The notes under the pieces: model-generated
Databases searched by the model: none
The model's input: the letters and a program-made list of their open reading frames with translations, nothing else
Told to the model about the DNA's origin: nothing
Position numbers and translations under genes: made by a program
DNA from: Oscillospiraceae bacterium
GTDB taxonomy: Bacteria > Bacillota > Clostridia > Oscillospirales > Ruminococcaceae
Assembly: GCA_031266415.1 (NCBI GenBank)
Contig: JAISBB010000001.1
Location: 221,556-285,555 of the forward strand
Direction: 5' to 3'
Length of the DNA: 64,000 bases
Shown: in pieces, positions 22,555 to 31,685 of the stretch
Position numbering within the stretch: position 1 is the first letter of the stretch
How the letters are laid out: each line of letters begins with the position of its first letter

Positions 22555-23274
22555 TTATAAAGAAAATAATTCATCGCGGAATTTGGATACAAAAGCCAAA
22601 CTTGCATTTAATCCATCGTTTTCAGCGGCCAGTTCTGCCGTCATCAAAGAATTATCAACTGAGTTAATATTACTTTTCATCAATTTGCAATTTCCCACGG
22701 CATATGTCCCCGTGGCTGCTGTTTCCAATGCATTCGGATCTTTCAGTCCAAAACGCACACCGTCACGCCAAGCTAAGTTATCTCGTGCTGTTTCAGTTAC
22801 CTTAATTTGTATTCGTTCTTGGCCTTCTATTTCAATGCCGCCATCAGGAGTCACTGCGAATTGTTCCGTATCTAATGGAATAGTGTTATTATTAACATCA
22901 AGAATCGGCTGCCCATTCACATTCACAAGCACACCTTGCTCATTGACATGCCATCTGCCATCTCGAGTAAGAAGAATCTCGCCATTATCCGCAAGAACCA
23001 CAAAAAAAGCATTTTCATTGCCCTCTACTGCAAAATCTAAAGGATTCCCCGTCTCTTCCACTTCACCCAATTCCAAATCAGGAACAATACTTTGCAAAAA
23101 AACAGAGAATTCATTTTTAGAAAGTGGTTGTTTAACAATTGCCGCACTACAACCACCTGGTTCATTACCTGGCAATTTACTCAGGAATTGCAACTCCTGG
23201 CCGATGCTCAACAAACGAGAATCGAGACACCACCCAGTTTCTGAAAGATTCGGCAAAGTGGGATTTATTCTCAT
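22555..23274 (-). CDS. Divergent flagellar rod protein (FlgF/FlgG-like)
   Basis: DFAVEGNENAFFVVLADNGEILLTRDGRWHVNEQGVLVNVNGQPIL is a rod-core motif. The C-terminal KLMKSNINSVDNSLMT resembles LE.SNV....EM. Confidence 0.6.
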   Translation of the reverse strand: MRINPTLPNLSETGWCLDSRLLSIGQELQFLSKLPGNEPGGCSAAIVKQPLSKNEFSVFLQSIVPDLELGEVEETGNPLDFAVEGNENAFFVVLADNGEILLTRDGRWHVNEQGVLVNVNGQPILDVNNNTIPLDTEQFAVTPDGGIEIEGQERIQIKVTETARDNLAWRDGVRFGLKDPNALETAATGTYAVGNCKLMKSNINSVDNSLMTAELAAENDGLNASLAFVSKFRDELFSL

Positions 23275-23314
23275 TATAATTCATCTCCTTTTTTATTTGC
23301 CAATTGCACAACAA

Positions 23315-24088
23315 CTATTTCAAATAAACAATTAAGCCTTCTTTTAATTTTTTCAACGTACGGCCATGAATTTGACAAATTCGAGACTCAGTAACCTCTA
23401 ATATATTTGCTATTTCTTTAAATTTAAGCCGTTCGCTATAATACAATGCCAAAATTAATTTTTCTCTCTCCAATAATTTTGAAATAAGCTCTGTTAATTG
23501 TTGAGCGAATTCCTTCTTAAGCAATTCTTCATCCGGTGAACCAAAACCAGTTGTATCCTGAAATTCTACCTGGTTCCCCTCTAATGCTCCATAAACCAAT
23601 TCTTCATAAGAAATAATGTGAAATCTACTTATTTCGCTAATTATTTTGCGTACATTTTCCACAGTTATTCCTAAATATTCTGCTACCTTCCCTTCCAGAT
23701 TCTCTGTTTCACTGCATTTTAAATCCACAAAAGCCTTTTCCACTTGCTTGGCTTCTCGCCTAAGCCTTCTTGGAACCCAATCTTGTTGCCTTAAATAATC
23801 AATTACATTACCTCGGATTCTTATGGAAGCAAAAGTTTCAAATTTTACTTCTCTTGTGAAATCAAATCTCTCAACACAATCTATTAATGTCATCATACCA
23901 TGATTTACAACATCTTCCATTTCAACATCATTATATGCACCGCGCATCTTAAAAACAAGACCCTTAACCAATCGCGTATATTTCATTACAATTTCATTGC
24001 GCAGCTTAACATCTCTCGTTTGACTATAACATTTCCACAGCTCTTTGTCAACCACAACCGAGTCCGACATGATTTCACGTCCCTCCAA
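23315..24088 (-). CDS. fliA: Flagellar sigma factor FliA/SigD (sigma-28)
   Basis: Region 2 (RNEIVMKYTRLV..., FETFASIRIRGNVIDYLR), the region 4 HTH (LKFKEIANILEVTESRICQIH), and position immediately after flhA. Confidence 0.9.
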   Translation of the reverse strand: MEGREIMSDSVVVDKELWKCYSQTRDVKLRNEIVMKYTRLVKGLVFKMRGAYNDVEMEDVVNHGMMTLIDCVERFDFTREVKFETFASIRIRGNVIDYLRQQDWVPRRLRREAKQVEKAFVDLKCSETENLEGKVAEYLGITVENVRKIISEISRFHIISYEELVYGALEGNQVEFQDTTGFGSPDEELLKKEFAQQLTELISKLLEREKLILALYYSERLKFKEIANILEVTESRICQIHGRTLKKLKEGLIVYLK

Positions 24089-26177
24089 TATTCTGCTCGG
24101 CCTCTTTTAAATCAACATTACCAATTGCCAATACCTGTACAGAATTTTCAATTTCATTGAAAGAAAGTACAACAATATTAGAAATAAACGTCTCAAGTAA
24201 TCTACTAATATGCACCCGAATCATAGATGACGTTAAAATTATGGGCGTCACAAATACATCTTTATGCTTTTCCAGTTGTTCTTTAACACTGTTCACAAAT
24301 TCGGTAATAATTTCTGGTTCTAGACTTAAATAGGTTTTTTTATCTGCTTTCCTAAGATTTGCTGTTATTAATTTTTCAACTTTCGGTGAAATGACAATTA
24401 CCATTAAATTCCCAGAACTTGCAAATGCTCTAGTTATTGTTCTTTTTAAAGACTGCCTTACATATTCTGTTAACAAATCTATATCTTTCACTGCCACAGC
24501 ATTTTCAGCGATTGCATTTATAATCGTTTCTAAATCTTTAATGGGGATAAATTCACGCAGAAGGTTTGAAAGGATTTTATGAAAATCCACTAATGAAACA
24601 ATTTCCGGAATAATTCCCTCAACAATTCCGCCATTAGTCTTTTTAAGGTTTTCAAGCAACATCTCAACATCTTTTCGGCTAAACAACTCATGTATGTAGT
24701 GCTTAATAACTTCAGAAAGGTGTGCTATTATTACAGAAGTCGGCTCTATCAGCGTATAACCCAATGCTTCTGCTTTTTCTTTTTCTGATTTCAAAATCCA
24801 TTTACTTGGAATTCCATAAGCTGGCTCAATTGCGTCAATACCATCCAAATCATCAGTTGAATTTTCAATATTTAATGCAAGAATGTACCCAACTAATATT
24901 TCGCCCCTAGCAACCTCTTCGCCACGCACTTTTATAACATATTGATTTGGATTTATTAAATTACTATCTTTTAATCTAATGGAAGGGAAAACTACCCCAT
25001 TATCTAACGCAAACTGCTTACGCAACATAACAATTCTATCTAAAAAATTGCCTTCTTTTGTATCGCTTACCATTTCAATCAAACTATAACCAAACTCCAA
25101 CTCCATGGGGTCAACAAAAAGCAAGTCATAAAGACTCTCTGGTTTTTTATAGTAATCTGATTCTTTCACAGATTGCTGAGCAGCCTCTGCCTTCTTTTGG
25201 CGAAGCGCTACATTTTGGTACTCCTTTTGCGCTTGCAACAAACGAATACCTAAAAAAACAAGCAAACCACCAAGCAAAAACGTTGCTATTTTCGGGAAGC
25301 CTGGGATTAAAAGGAACCCCATCAAAACACCACCAGTAATAATTAACGCATATGGTTGAGAAGTAAATTGCGCAAACAAATCTGAATGAAGATCTTCTTT
25401 TGAAGCGGCTCTTGTAACAATAATTCCAGTTGCAATTGAAATCATAAGTGAAGGTAACTGCGAAACCAAACCATCACCAACAGTTGCAATAGAGTATTTA
25501 CTTAGTACATCTTTAAAACTGCTGCCACCTTCAACCATACCCACAATTAAACCACCAAAGAAATTAACAAGAACCACAATAATTGAAAGAATGGCATCTC
25601 CCTTAACAAATTTAGAAGCACCATCCATTGCACCAAAAAAATCCGCTTCTCTTTGAATTTTGCTACGCCGCAATACTGCTTCCTGTTCACTAATTATACC
25701 GGCACTTAAATCGGCATCAATTGCCATTTGCTTACCTGGCATTGCGTCTAAGGTAAATCTGGCAGCAACTTCTGCAACTCTTTCAGAACCCTTAACAATA
25801 ACAATAAACTGGACTGCAACAACAATTAAAAAAACAACAAAGCCAATAACAATATTGCCGCTTAAAACGAAATCTCCAAATATTTTAATAACCTTCCCCG
25901 CAGAACCACTATTCGAAAGAATCAATCTGGTGGAAGAGACGTTTAACGCAATTCTAAACACAGTTGTAAGCAACAACAACGTAGGTAAAATTGAAAATTG
26001 CAAAGTTTCCTTTATATACATGGTTGTTAAGAATATAACAATGGATAATGTTATATTCAAAATGAACATAGTGTCTAATATCACAACCGGCAGAGGAATT
26101 ATAATCAACAACACCATGCAAACAATAAATATCGGGATTAACGCCGTTAGTCTCCTCATTAACACATTTCCTCTCAA
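24075..26177 (-). CDS. flhA: Flagellar export apparatus protein FlhA
   Basis: 700 aa with an N-terminal multi-TM domain, the FHIPEP motif region (AMPGKQMAIDADL) and a large cytoplasmic C-domain. Confidence 0.97.
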   Translation of the reverse strand: MRGNVLMRRLTALIPIFIVCMVLLIIIPLPVVILDTMFILNITLSIVIFLTTMYIKETLQFSILPTLLLLTTVFRIALNVSSTRLILSNSGSAGKVIKIFGDFVLSGNIVIGFVVFLIVVAVQFIVIVKGSERVAEVAARFTLDAMPGKQMAIDADLSAGIISEQEAVLRRSKIQREADFFGAMDGASKFVKGDAILSIIVVLVNFFGGLIVGMVEGGSSFKDVLSKYSIATVGDGLVSQLPSLMISIATGIIVTRAASKEDLHSDLFAQFTSQPYALIITGGVLMGFLLIPGFPKIATFLLGGLLVFLGIRLLQAQKEYQNVALRQKKAEAAQQSVKESDYYKKPESLYDLLFVDPMELEFGYSLIEMVSDTKEGNFLDRIVMLRKQFALDNGVVFPSIRLKDSNLINPNQYVIKVRGEEVARGEILVGYILALNIENSTDDLDGIDAIEPAYGIPSKWILKSEKEKAEALGYTLIEPTSVIIAHLSEVIKHYIHELFSRKDVEMLLENLKKTNGGIVEGIIPEIVSLVDFHKILSNLLREFIPIKDLETIINAIAENAVAVKDIDLLTEYVRQSLKRTITRAFASSGNLMVIVISPKVEKLITANLRKADKKTYLSLEPEIITEFVNSVKEQLEKHKDVFVTPIILTSSMIRVHISRLLETFISNIVVLSFNEIENSVQVLAIGNVDLKEAEQNIGGT

Positions 26178-26195
26178 GACACCTGCAAACTTAAC

Positions 26196-27272
26196 CTACA
26201 CTTTCTCACTGTAACCAAATTCTTTTTTCTTCAAGTTATAAACCCAAAGTAAAATCTCTGCAACCGCTTTAAAAGTTTCAGACGGAATTGTTTTATTTAA
26301 TTTAGTTTTGCAAAGTTTGCGTGCCAGCCATTTATTTTCAGTAATTGGCACTTTATTTTTTTCTGCAACTTGAATGATTTTAAGTGCAATATTATCTTCA
26401 CCTTTTGCAATTACCACTGGCGCAGAATTTTTATTTTGATCATATTTAAGCGCAACAGCGCAATGAGTTGGATTTCGAATAACAACGTCTGCTTTCGGGA
26501 CCATTTGCATCATACGGTGGCGTGCAATTTCACGCTGCCGCCGTTTTATGTACCCCTTTATTTGCGGATCTCCTTCGATTTCTTTATATTCGTCTTTAAT
26601 TTCTTGTTTTGTCATTCGAATACTTTTTTCGTAAGACCACCAGTTATACAAATAATCAACAGCTGCGATTGCCAGCAAAACTAATCCTAAATTAAACACA
26701 ATTTTAATAACTTCGTTTGCAAAAAACAACATCCCGGAACGTGGGTCTACATTCATCAATTTTGCAAACGATTCCGCCGAACGTTGATATGCCTTATAAA
26801 GTACAAAGCCCACTAAAAAAATTTTCAAGCTTTCCATAAATAATTTCAATAAACTTTTCATGGAAAACATATTTTTAAATCCTTTAAGTGGGTTAAGGTG
26901 AGAAAATTTAAACGCTATTGCTTTTTTAGAAATCAAGAATTTTGTTTGCAAACCTGTTAATAAAATGCTAAAAACAGCAATAATCAAAAGAATTGGGCTA
27001 GCAATCATGAAAAATACAAAAAGTCCTTTAAAGAACAAATCACTTCGACCTTCAAATGTGCTCCCAGTCATTTTTCCCAAATTACCAAAAACATCCACAC
27101 ATAAATTTCTTATCATAGCTACTGCATATGGCACAAATAGCTTAATAACAAAAAAACCTGCCAGCAGCGACCCAACAATCACTACATCTTTACTTTGCGC
27201 TGCACGCCCTTCTTTGCGTTCTTTTTCACGCCGCCTGCGAGTCGCTTTTTCGGTTTTATTTTCTTGCGTCAA
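26196..27272 (-). CDS. flhB: Flagellar export protein FlhB
   Basis: EKTE.AT.RRR...R.EG, four TM segments and the NPTH autocleavage site (VIRNPTHCAVAL). Confidence 0.95.
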   Translation of the reverse strand: MTQENKTEKATRRRREKERKEGRAAQSKDVVIVGSLLAGFFVIKLFVPYAVAMIRNLCVDVFGNLGKMTGSTFEGRSDLFFKGLFVFFMIASPILLIIAVFSILLTGLQTKFLISKKAIAFKFSHLNPLKGFKNMFSMKSLLKLFMESLKIFLVGFVLYKAYQRSAESFAKLMNVDPRSGMLFFANEVIKIVFNLGLVLLAIAAVDYLYNWWSYEKSIRMTKQEIKDEYKEIEGDPQIKGYIKRRQREIARHRMMQMVPKADVVIRNPTHCAVALKYDQNKNSAPVVIAKGEDNIALKIIQVAEKNKVPITENKWLARKLCKTKLNKTIPSETFKAVAEILLWVYNLKKKEFGYSEKV

Positions 27273-27287
27273 ATTAAATCAACTCCA

Positions 27288-28067
27288 TTAACTTCGCATG
27301 GCAGCCGCCAATAAACTCTCTATGTTTGAAAACATTTTATCTGTTAAATTATGCGAAAATTCAACAAACATCGGGCATAATTTTAACAACAGAATAAACC
27401 CAATTATAAATTTCACATATACATTCAATACAAAAACATTAATTTGTGGAGCCGCCTTCATTAACACACCAAGCCCAATATCCATAATCAAAATTGCCGC
27501 AACCATCGGCATAGCTATTTTCAAACTCATTGTTAAAATATTTTTATTAAACGACAACAAGTAAGAACATAACATGTTAAATTTCGGCATTTTCCCGATT
27601 GGCAGCACACGAAACGACTGAAATATGATGTTTACTAAATTTAAATGTGAATTTGTTAAGAAAAAAACCAATGTAAACAATCCACCAACAAGAGCACCAG
27701 AAATTGCTGTTTCTGAACCCGCCGCCGGATTGTAAAGCCGGTTCATAGAAAAACCCATTTGTGTGTCAATTAATTCTCCACCGGTTGTTAACACAGACAT
27801 CGCCAATTCGCAGCAAAAACCCAGCAAAAAGCCAAAAGCAAGTTCAAGAAAAATCATCGTGCAAAACCCAAGCATTGGCATTTTTTCATCGAAATCAAGT
27901 GGTGTATCAAAAATTAAAAATGCAGAGAATGCCAAAGCAGCGCAAAAAATAACACGAATCATCACGGGAACATTTTTTTTGCCGAAAAGGGGATTAAAAA
28001 CCACAAAACCCACCATTCTTGCAAACATAAGAAAAAACGCCAAATAATTGTCTAACAACCTCTCCAT
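27288..28067 (-). CDS. fliR: Flagellar export protein FliR
   Basis: 259-aa polytopic membrane protein in the fliP-fliQ-fliR-flhB position. Confidence 0.9.
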   Translation of the reverse strand: MERLLDNYLAFFLMFARMVGFVVFNPLFGKKNVPVMIRVIFCAALAFSAFLIFDTPLDFDEKMPMLGFCTMIFLELAFGFLLGFCCELAMSVLTTGGELIDTQMGFSMNRLYNPAAGSETAISGALVGGLFTLVFFLTNSHLNLVNIIFQSFRVLPIGKMPKFNMLCSYLLSFNKNILTMSLKIAMPMVAAILIMDIGLGVLMKAAPQINVFVLNVYVKFIIGFILLLKLCPMFVEFSHNLTDKMFSNIESLLAAAMRS

Positions 28068-28076
28068 TCTCTACCC

Positions 28077-28346
28077 TTATTTCACTGTTTCTATTATGAA
28101 TCTAAAAATTTCAGCAAAAAATTCAATTGATATTCGTAACATCCAAGGCCCAAGAATAATCAATAAAATACCCAATAAAATTATTTTGGGAATAAATGTC
28201 AAAGTTTGCTCGTGAATTTGGGTCGCTGCTTGAAACATAGAAATAATTAGCCCTACCACCAAACTCGTTAAAAGAACTGGTAGTGACAATTTAAATGCAA
28301 CCAAAATCGCTTCATTAAACAGTGTTAAAACTTTCGCTTCAGACAA
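28077..28346 (-). CDS. fliQ: Flagellar export protein FliQ
   Basis: 89 aa with two TM helices and the QA.TQI.E.TL.F.PK motif. Confidence 0.9.
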   Translation of the reverse strand: MSEAKVLTLFNEAILVAFKLSLPVLLTSLVVGLIISMFQAATQIHEQTLTFIPKIILLGILLIILGPWMLRISIEFFAEIFRFIIETVK

Positions 28347-28360
28347 TCGCCACCAACTCC

Positions 28361-29098
28361 TTACCTAAAACTCGTTACTAAAGATTTCACCAGCATATCC
28401 CAACCATTGGCTAAAATAAACAACAATATTTTAAATGGTAAAGAAATCATCGCAGGTGGCAACATCATCATTCCCAAAGACATTAAAATACTAGAAACCA
28501 CCATATCTATCACAATAAATGGAATAAACAAGCAAAAACCCATCACAAAAGCTCTTTTTATTTCACTAATAATAAAAGCAGGGATCACTACTTCTATTCC
28601 AATTTCTTTTACATCTTTTATCTTTGGAGACTTCGCTATACTCATAAATAACGCCATATCTTCTTTTTTCGTTTGGCGCAACATGAATTCTTTCAATGGC
28701 TGTGCTGCTGCTTTAATTGCCGCTTCTTGTTCAATTTCTCCTTTTTTATATGGGATATAAGCTTGCGTTTCTATTTGCTTTACAACGGGAGTCATAATGA
28801 AAACCGTTAACATTAAAGAAAGGCCCATTAACACTTGAGTTGGCGGCACTTGAGCAGTTCCCATTGCATTTCGCAAAAAAGAGAAAACAATTGCAATTCT
28901 GGTAAAACAGGTCATTGTTAAAACAATCGCGGGTAATAACGAAAGTAGTGTTGTTAAAAACAGAATATCAAGCACACCAGTTTCTTTGCTGTTAACGTTA
29001 ATTGAAAAACTTGCAGCAGCAACCTCACCACTACAAACACTAAACATTAGCAAAACTAACCAAATAGCCTTTATTCTTTTTTTAAACAACACTTCCAC
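28361..29098 (-). CDS. fliP: Flagellar export protein FliP
   Basis: Signal/TM N-terminus, then TSF.RI.IV.S.LRNA.G....PP.QVL.GL.L.LT.F.M.P and GF.I.IPF..ID.VV.S.LMS.GMMM.PP. Confidence 0.95.
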   Translation of the reverse strand: MEVLFKKRIKAIWLVLLMFSVCSGEVAAASFSINVNSKETGVLDILFLTTLLSLLPAIVLTMTCFTRIAIVFSFLRNAMGTAQVPPTQVLMGLSLMLTVFIMTPVVKQIETQAYIPYKKGEIEQEAAIKAAAQPLKEFMLRQTKKEDMALFMSIAKSPKIKDVKEIGIEVVIPAFIISEIKRAFVMGFCLFIPFIVIDMVVSSILMSLGMMMLPPAMISLPFKILLFILANGWDMLVKSLVTSFR

Positions 29099-29119
29099 CC
29101 CAGCCCATTAAAAAAGCGT

Positions 29120-29452
29120 CTACTCTTCCGATTTTCTGTTGCCAAACAGGAATTCCTTCATCCGCGAACACTTGTCCACTTTCTCATTTTCAATGAATGT
29201 TACACCAGTAATTTCGTGAAAAGTTACGCTGTTAGTGGAAGCACAAACAACATAATAGTGGCTTCCAATTTGCACAAGAACAAGAAAAACACCCGAAGCA
29301 ATTGCGACCTTATCTACCACCGTCATATATTTTCCAAAAGAATAGCAAAATCTATCAGCACGACGGAAGACCCATTTTGAAAAATAAGCAATGGCAATAA
29401 GCAATTCAATAGCACCGATAAACGGCACCAACCCCACCAAAAAATCACTCAT
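29120..29452 (-). CDS. fliO: FliO/FliZ-like flagellar biosynthesis protein
   Basis: 110 aa with a single N-terminal TM helix, located immediately upstream of fliP. Confidence 0.6.
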   Translation of the reverse strand: MSDFLVGLVPFIGAIELLIAIAYFSKWVFRRADRFCYSFGKYMTVVDKVAIASGVFLVLVQIGSHYYVVCASTNSVTFHEITGVTFIENEKVDKCSRMKEFLFGNRKSEE

Positions 29453-29474
29453 CTGCGAACCCCGTCTCTTTCTA

Positions 29475-30689
29475 TTATAGGATGTCCCGTAAATCTTTTG
29501 ATTTTGCTATTTCTGTAATTCTAACACCAAAATTTTCATCAACCACAACCACATCTCCTTTGGCAATTTTTTGACCGTTAATTATTACATCAACTTGTGC
29601 ACCCGCATGCTTATCTAGTTGAATAATTGTTCCTCTACCATATTCCAACACTTCTTTAACTTTTTTATGTACACGGCCTAATTCAACACTTACTTGAACT
29701 GGAATTCCCATAACCAATTTTAGGTTATCCATATTGCTTTGTTGCGATTCTTCTTCCTGCAGTGAAACCAAATCAACAGCTTTTACCTCTTCTCCATAAG
29801 CTATACCTTTTTTCAGATTCTGAGGATACGAACCCGGTGCATTTTTCTTATTGTCATTTTCCAAAAAATCCTGCATGCTATTCTTCCTTTCCGACTTTTG
29901 AAGAGATTTAAAAGCATTTTCGCTAACTCGGTTCTCATTTGATTCGTTTATTAATTCTACAGTTTCTGTCTCTTTTTTTGATACCTCTTGTAAACCAACC
30001 GCTGCGAAATTTTCAACAGGTTCCTCTGCTTGGGGCAGATACGGTTCTTCAGGCTGTTGCTTTAGCTCTTCCTCTATTTGCTTGGGTTCAAAACCAGTTT
30101 CTGGCACAGATTTTGTTTTCATTTTTTTTTGCTTCGAACCTAGCAATAGATCGCAAGGCAAAAACAAATGAAATTCACTATTTATCATTGTGGTAACAGA
30201 AAAATTAATAACCACTCTGACAATTTCATTTTTTTGAAAGCGCCGATTATGTTTTGTAAATTCACCTGCAACAAAAACATTTTCCGCTCTAATATCCCAC
30301 GGCTTATTATCTTTTTTTTGTATGCCATCTTTTATTGCCAAAAAAATCTTCCCAAATAATTCAAATACAGACTCCCTGGCAACAACATCCAACTCAAAAT
30401 CATCTTCTGATATTTCCATACCAATTATTTTACTGAAAATAACTCGAATGTCGTCTTTTGAAAAAAGCAGTAACCCAAAACCATTAAAATTATTTCGGCT
30501 CATTGAAAAATCAATTCCAATTAAATCTTTCGATGTGTCAATTTTAAATTCCGAAAAACTGCCAAAATTAATTTCTCGAACACTTGCATCAAATTCCAAA
30601 TTCAAAATTCCGGTTAAACAGCTCTTTGCAAATTCAAGAACATTTTCCAGACTTGTTTTCACAAGCGGCATCAACTCAAGCGATTGCAA
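29475..30689 (-). CDS. fliY: Flagellar motor switch protein FliY/FliN
   Basis: The C-terminal SpoA/FliN domain (IPVQVSVELGRVHKKVKEVLEYGRGTIIQLDK.AGAQVDVIINGQKIAKGDVVVVDENFGVRITEI) follows a long N-terminal region and an acidic linker. Confidence 0.85.
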   Translation of the reverse strand: MQSLELMPLVKTSLENVLEFAKSCLTGILNLEFDASVREINFGSFSEFKIDTSKDLIGIDFSMSRNNFNGFGLLLFSKDDIRVIFSKIIGMEISEDDFELDVVARESVFELFGKIFLAIKDGIQKKDNKPWDIRAENVFVAGEFTKHNRRFQKNEIVRVVINFSVTTMINSEFHLFLPCDLLLGSKQKKMKTKSVPETGFEPKQIEEELKQQPEEPYLPQAEEPVENFAAVGLQEVSKKETETVELINESNENRVSENAFKSLQKSERKNSMQDFLENDNKKNAPGSYPQNLKKGIAYGEEVKAVDLVSLQEEESQQSNMDNLKLVMGIPVQVSVELGRVHKKVKEVLEYGRGTIIQLDKHAGAQVDVIINGQKIAKGDVVVVDENFGVRITEIAKSKDLRDIL

Positions 30690-30704
30690 ATCACAAGCCC
30701 TCCT

Positions 30705-31619
30705 TTAAAAAACTTCTGTAATTTTAACGGCTTTCCTGCCGCCGAAAATCCCCACACGACCACGAAACCACTGTTCTCCACGCACATTCACCAAAACAGA
30801 AGAATCCGTAAAATTATCTAACATCATAATATCACCAGGATGCAACGACAAAACATCACCCAAATCCAATGCTGTTCCACCCAAAACAACATTTACATCA
30901 ACTTCTGTTTCTTTAATGTGCTCTAACATCAAACTCTTCTTTTGCCACATTTTATCACTTTCATCAGCACCCAAAAACCGAGTTCCAAGATTTCTAAACA
31001 CTGTTGTTAAAAACTCGACAGGCAAACAAAAACAACAGCTGCCACTCACCGGTGGGAAATCTAATTTCATATCAATAACCAAAACCACAACATCTTTATT
31101 TATGTGCCTGGTTAACCCCGGCGAAGACACAATTTCTGTGCAAGAAGCAATTATGTCAATATAACTTGACCAAGCAACTTCAACTATTGGAATTACATTT
31201 GCAACAACAAAACTTCGAAGCAAACTTAATTCAAGGTCTGTGAATTCATGGTCTTGTTTCAAATCAGCATCTAACCCGCCAAGTAATTTATTTACTATGT
31301 GGTGCCCAATCAAGCACGGGAATAACAATACGAAATGATTTTCAACATAACCTACCCCTTCTTTTATTCTTGTGTCAACAACGGGTAAAATTACATCACT
31401 TGAATATTGCTGAGAAAAATCGCCATAAACCATCTCTTGAATCGAGGTTACGTCGCACCGCGTGGCAACACCAAACAATCCCGTTAATTTGTTTGCAAAT
31501 GTTTTCGCAAAGCAATCAAAAACACAACCAACAAGCCGTACATTGTCTTTCGTGAAACGCCGCGGGGTTTTAAAATTATATTCCTGGACTCGTTCTTGAT
31601 TTAGTTTGCGCAAGTCCAT
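30705..31619 (-). CDS. fliM: Flagellar motor switch protein FliM (no N-terminal CheY-binding peptide)
   Basis: YNFKTPRRFTKDNVR....F..FA..F...L aligns with the YDF.RP.RFSK.Q.R block of FliM. A C-terminal SpoA-like domain is present (GDIMMLDN......V.V.G...F.G..G). Confidence 0.85.
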   Translation of the reverse strand: MDLRKLNQERVQEYNFKTPRRFTKDNVRLVGCVFDCFAKTFANKLTGLFGVATRCDVTSIQEMVYGDFSQQYSSDVILPVVDTRIKEGVGYVENHFVLLFPCLIGHHIVNKLLGGLDADLKQDHEFTDLELSLLRSFVVANVIPIVEVAWSSYIDIIASCTEIVSSPGLTRHINKDVVVLVIDMKLDFPPVSGSCCFCLPVEFLTTVFRNLGTRFLGADESDKMWQKKSLMLEHIKETEVDVNVVLGGTALDLGDVLSLHPGDIMMLDNFTDSSVLVNVRGEQWFRGRVGIFGGRKAVKITEVF

Positions 31620-31685
31620 TTAACGTACCCCCGTTCTTTAACTTATTTTTTTCTTACTTACCACAAAAAGAAAGCAGCTTAAGAA

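Noticed and set aside
22583-23335. 250-aa plus-strand ORF fully antisense to the rod-like gene 22555-23274
   Set aside because: The product is low-complexity and S/T/P-rich, it has no RBS, and it runs against the direction of the operon. The minus-strand product has the GFF...TR.G rod core.
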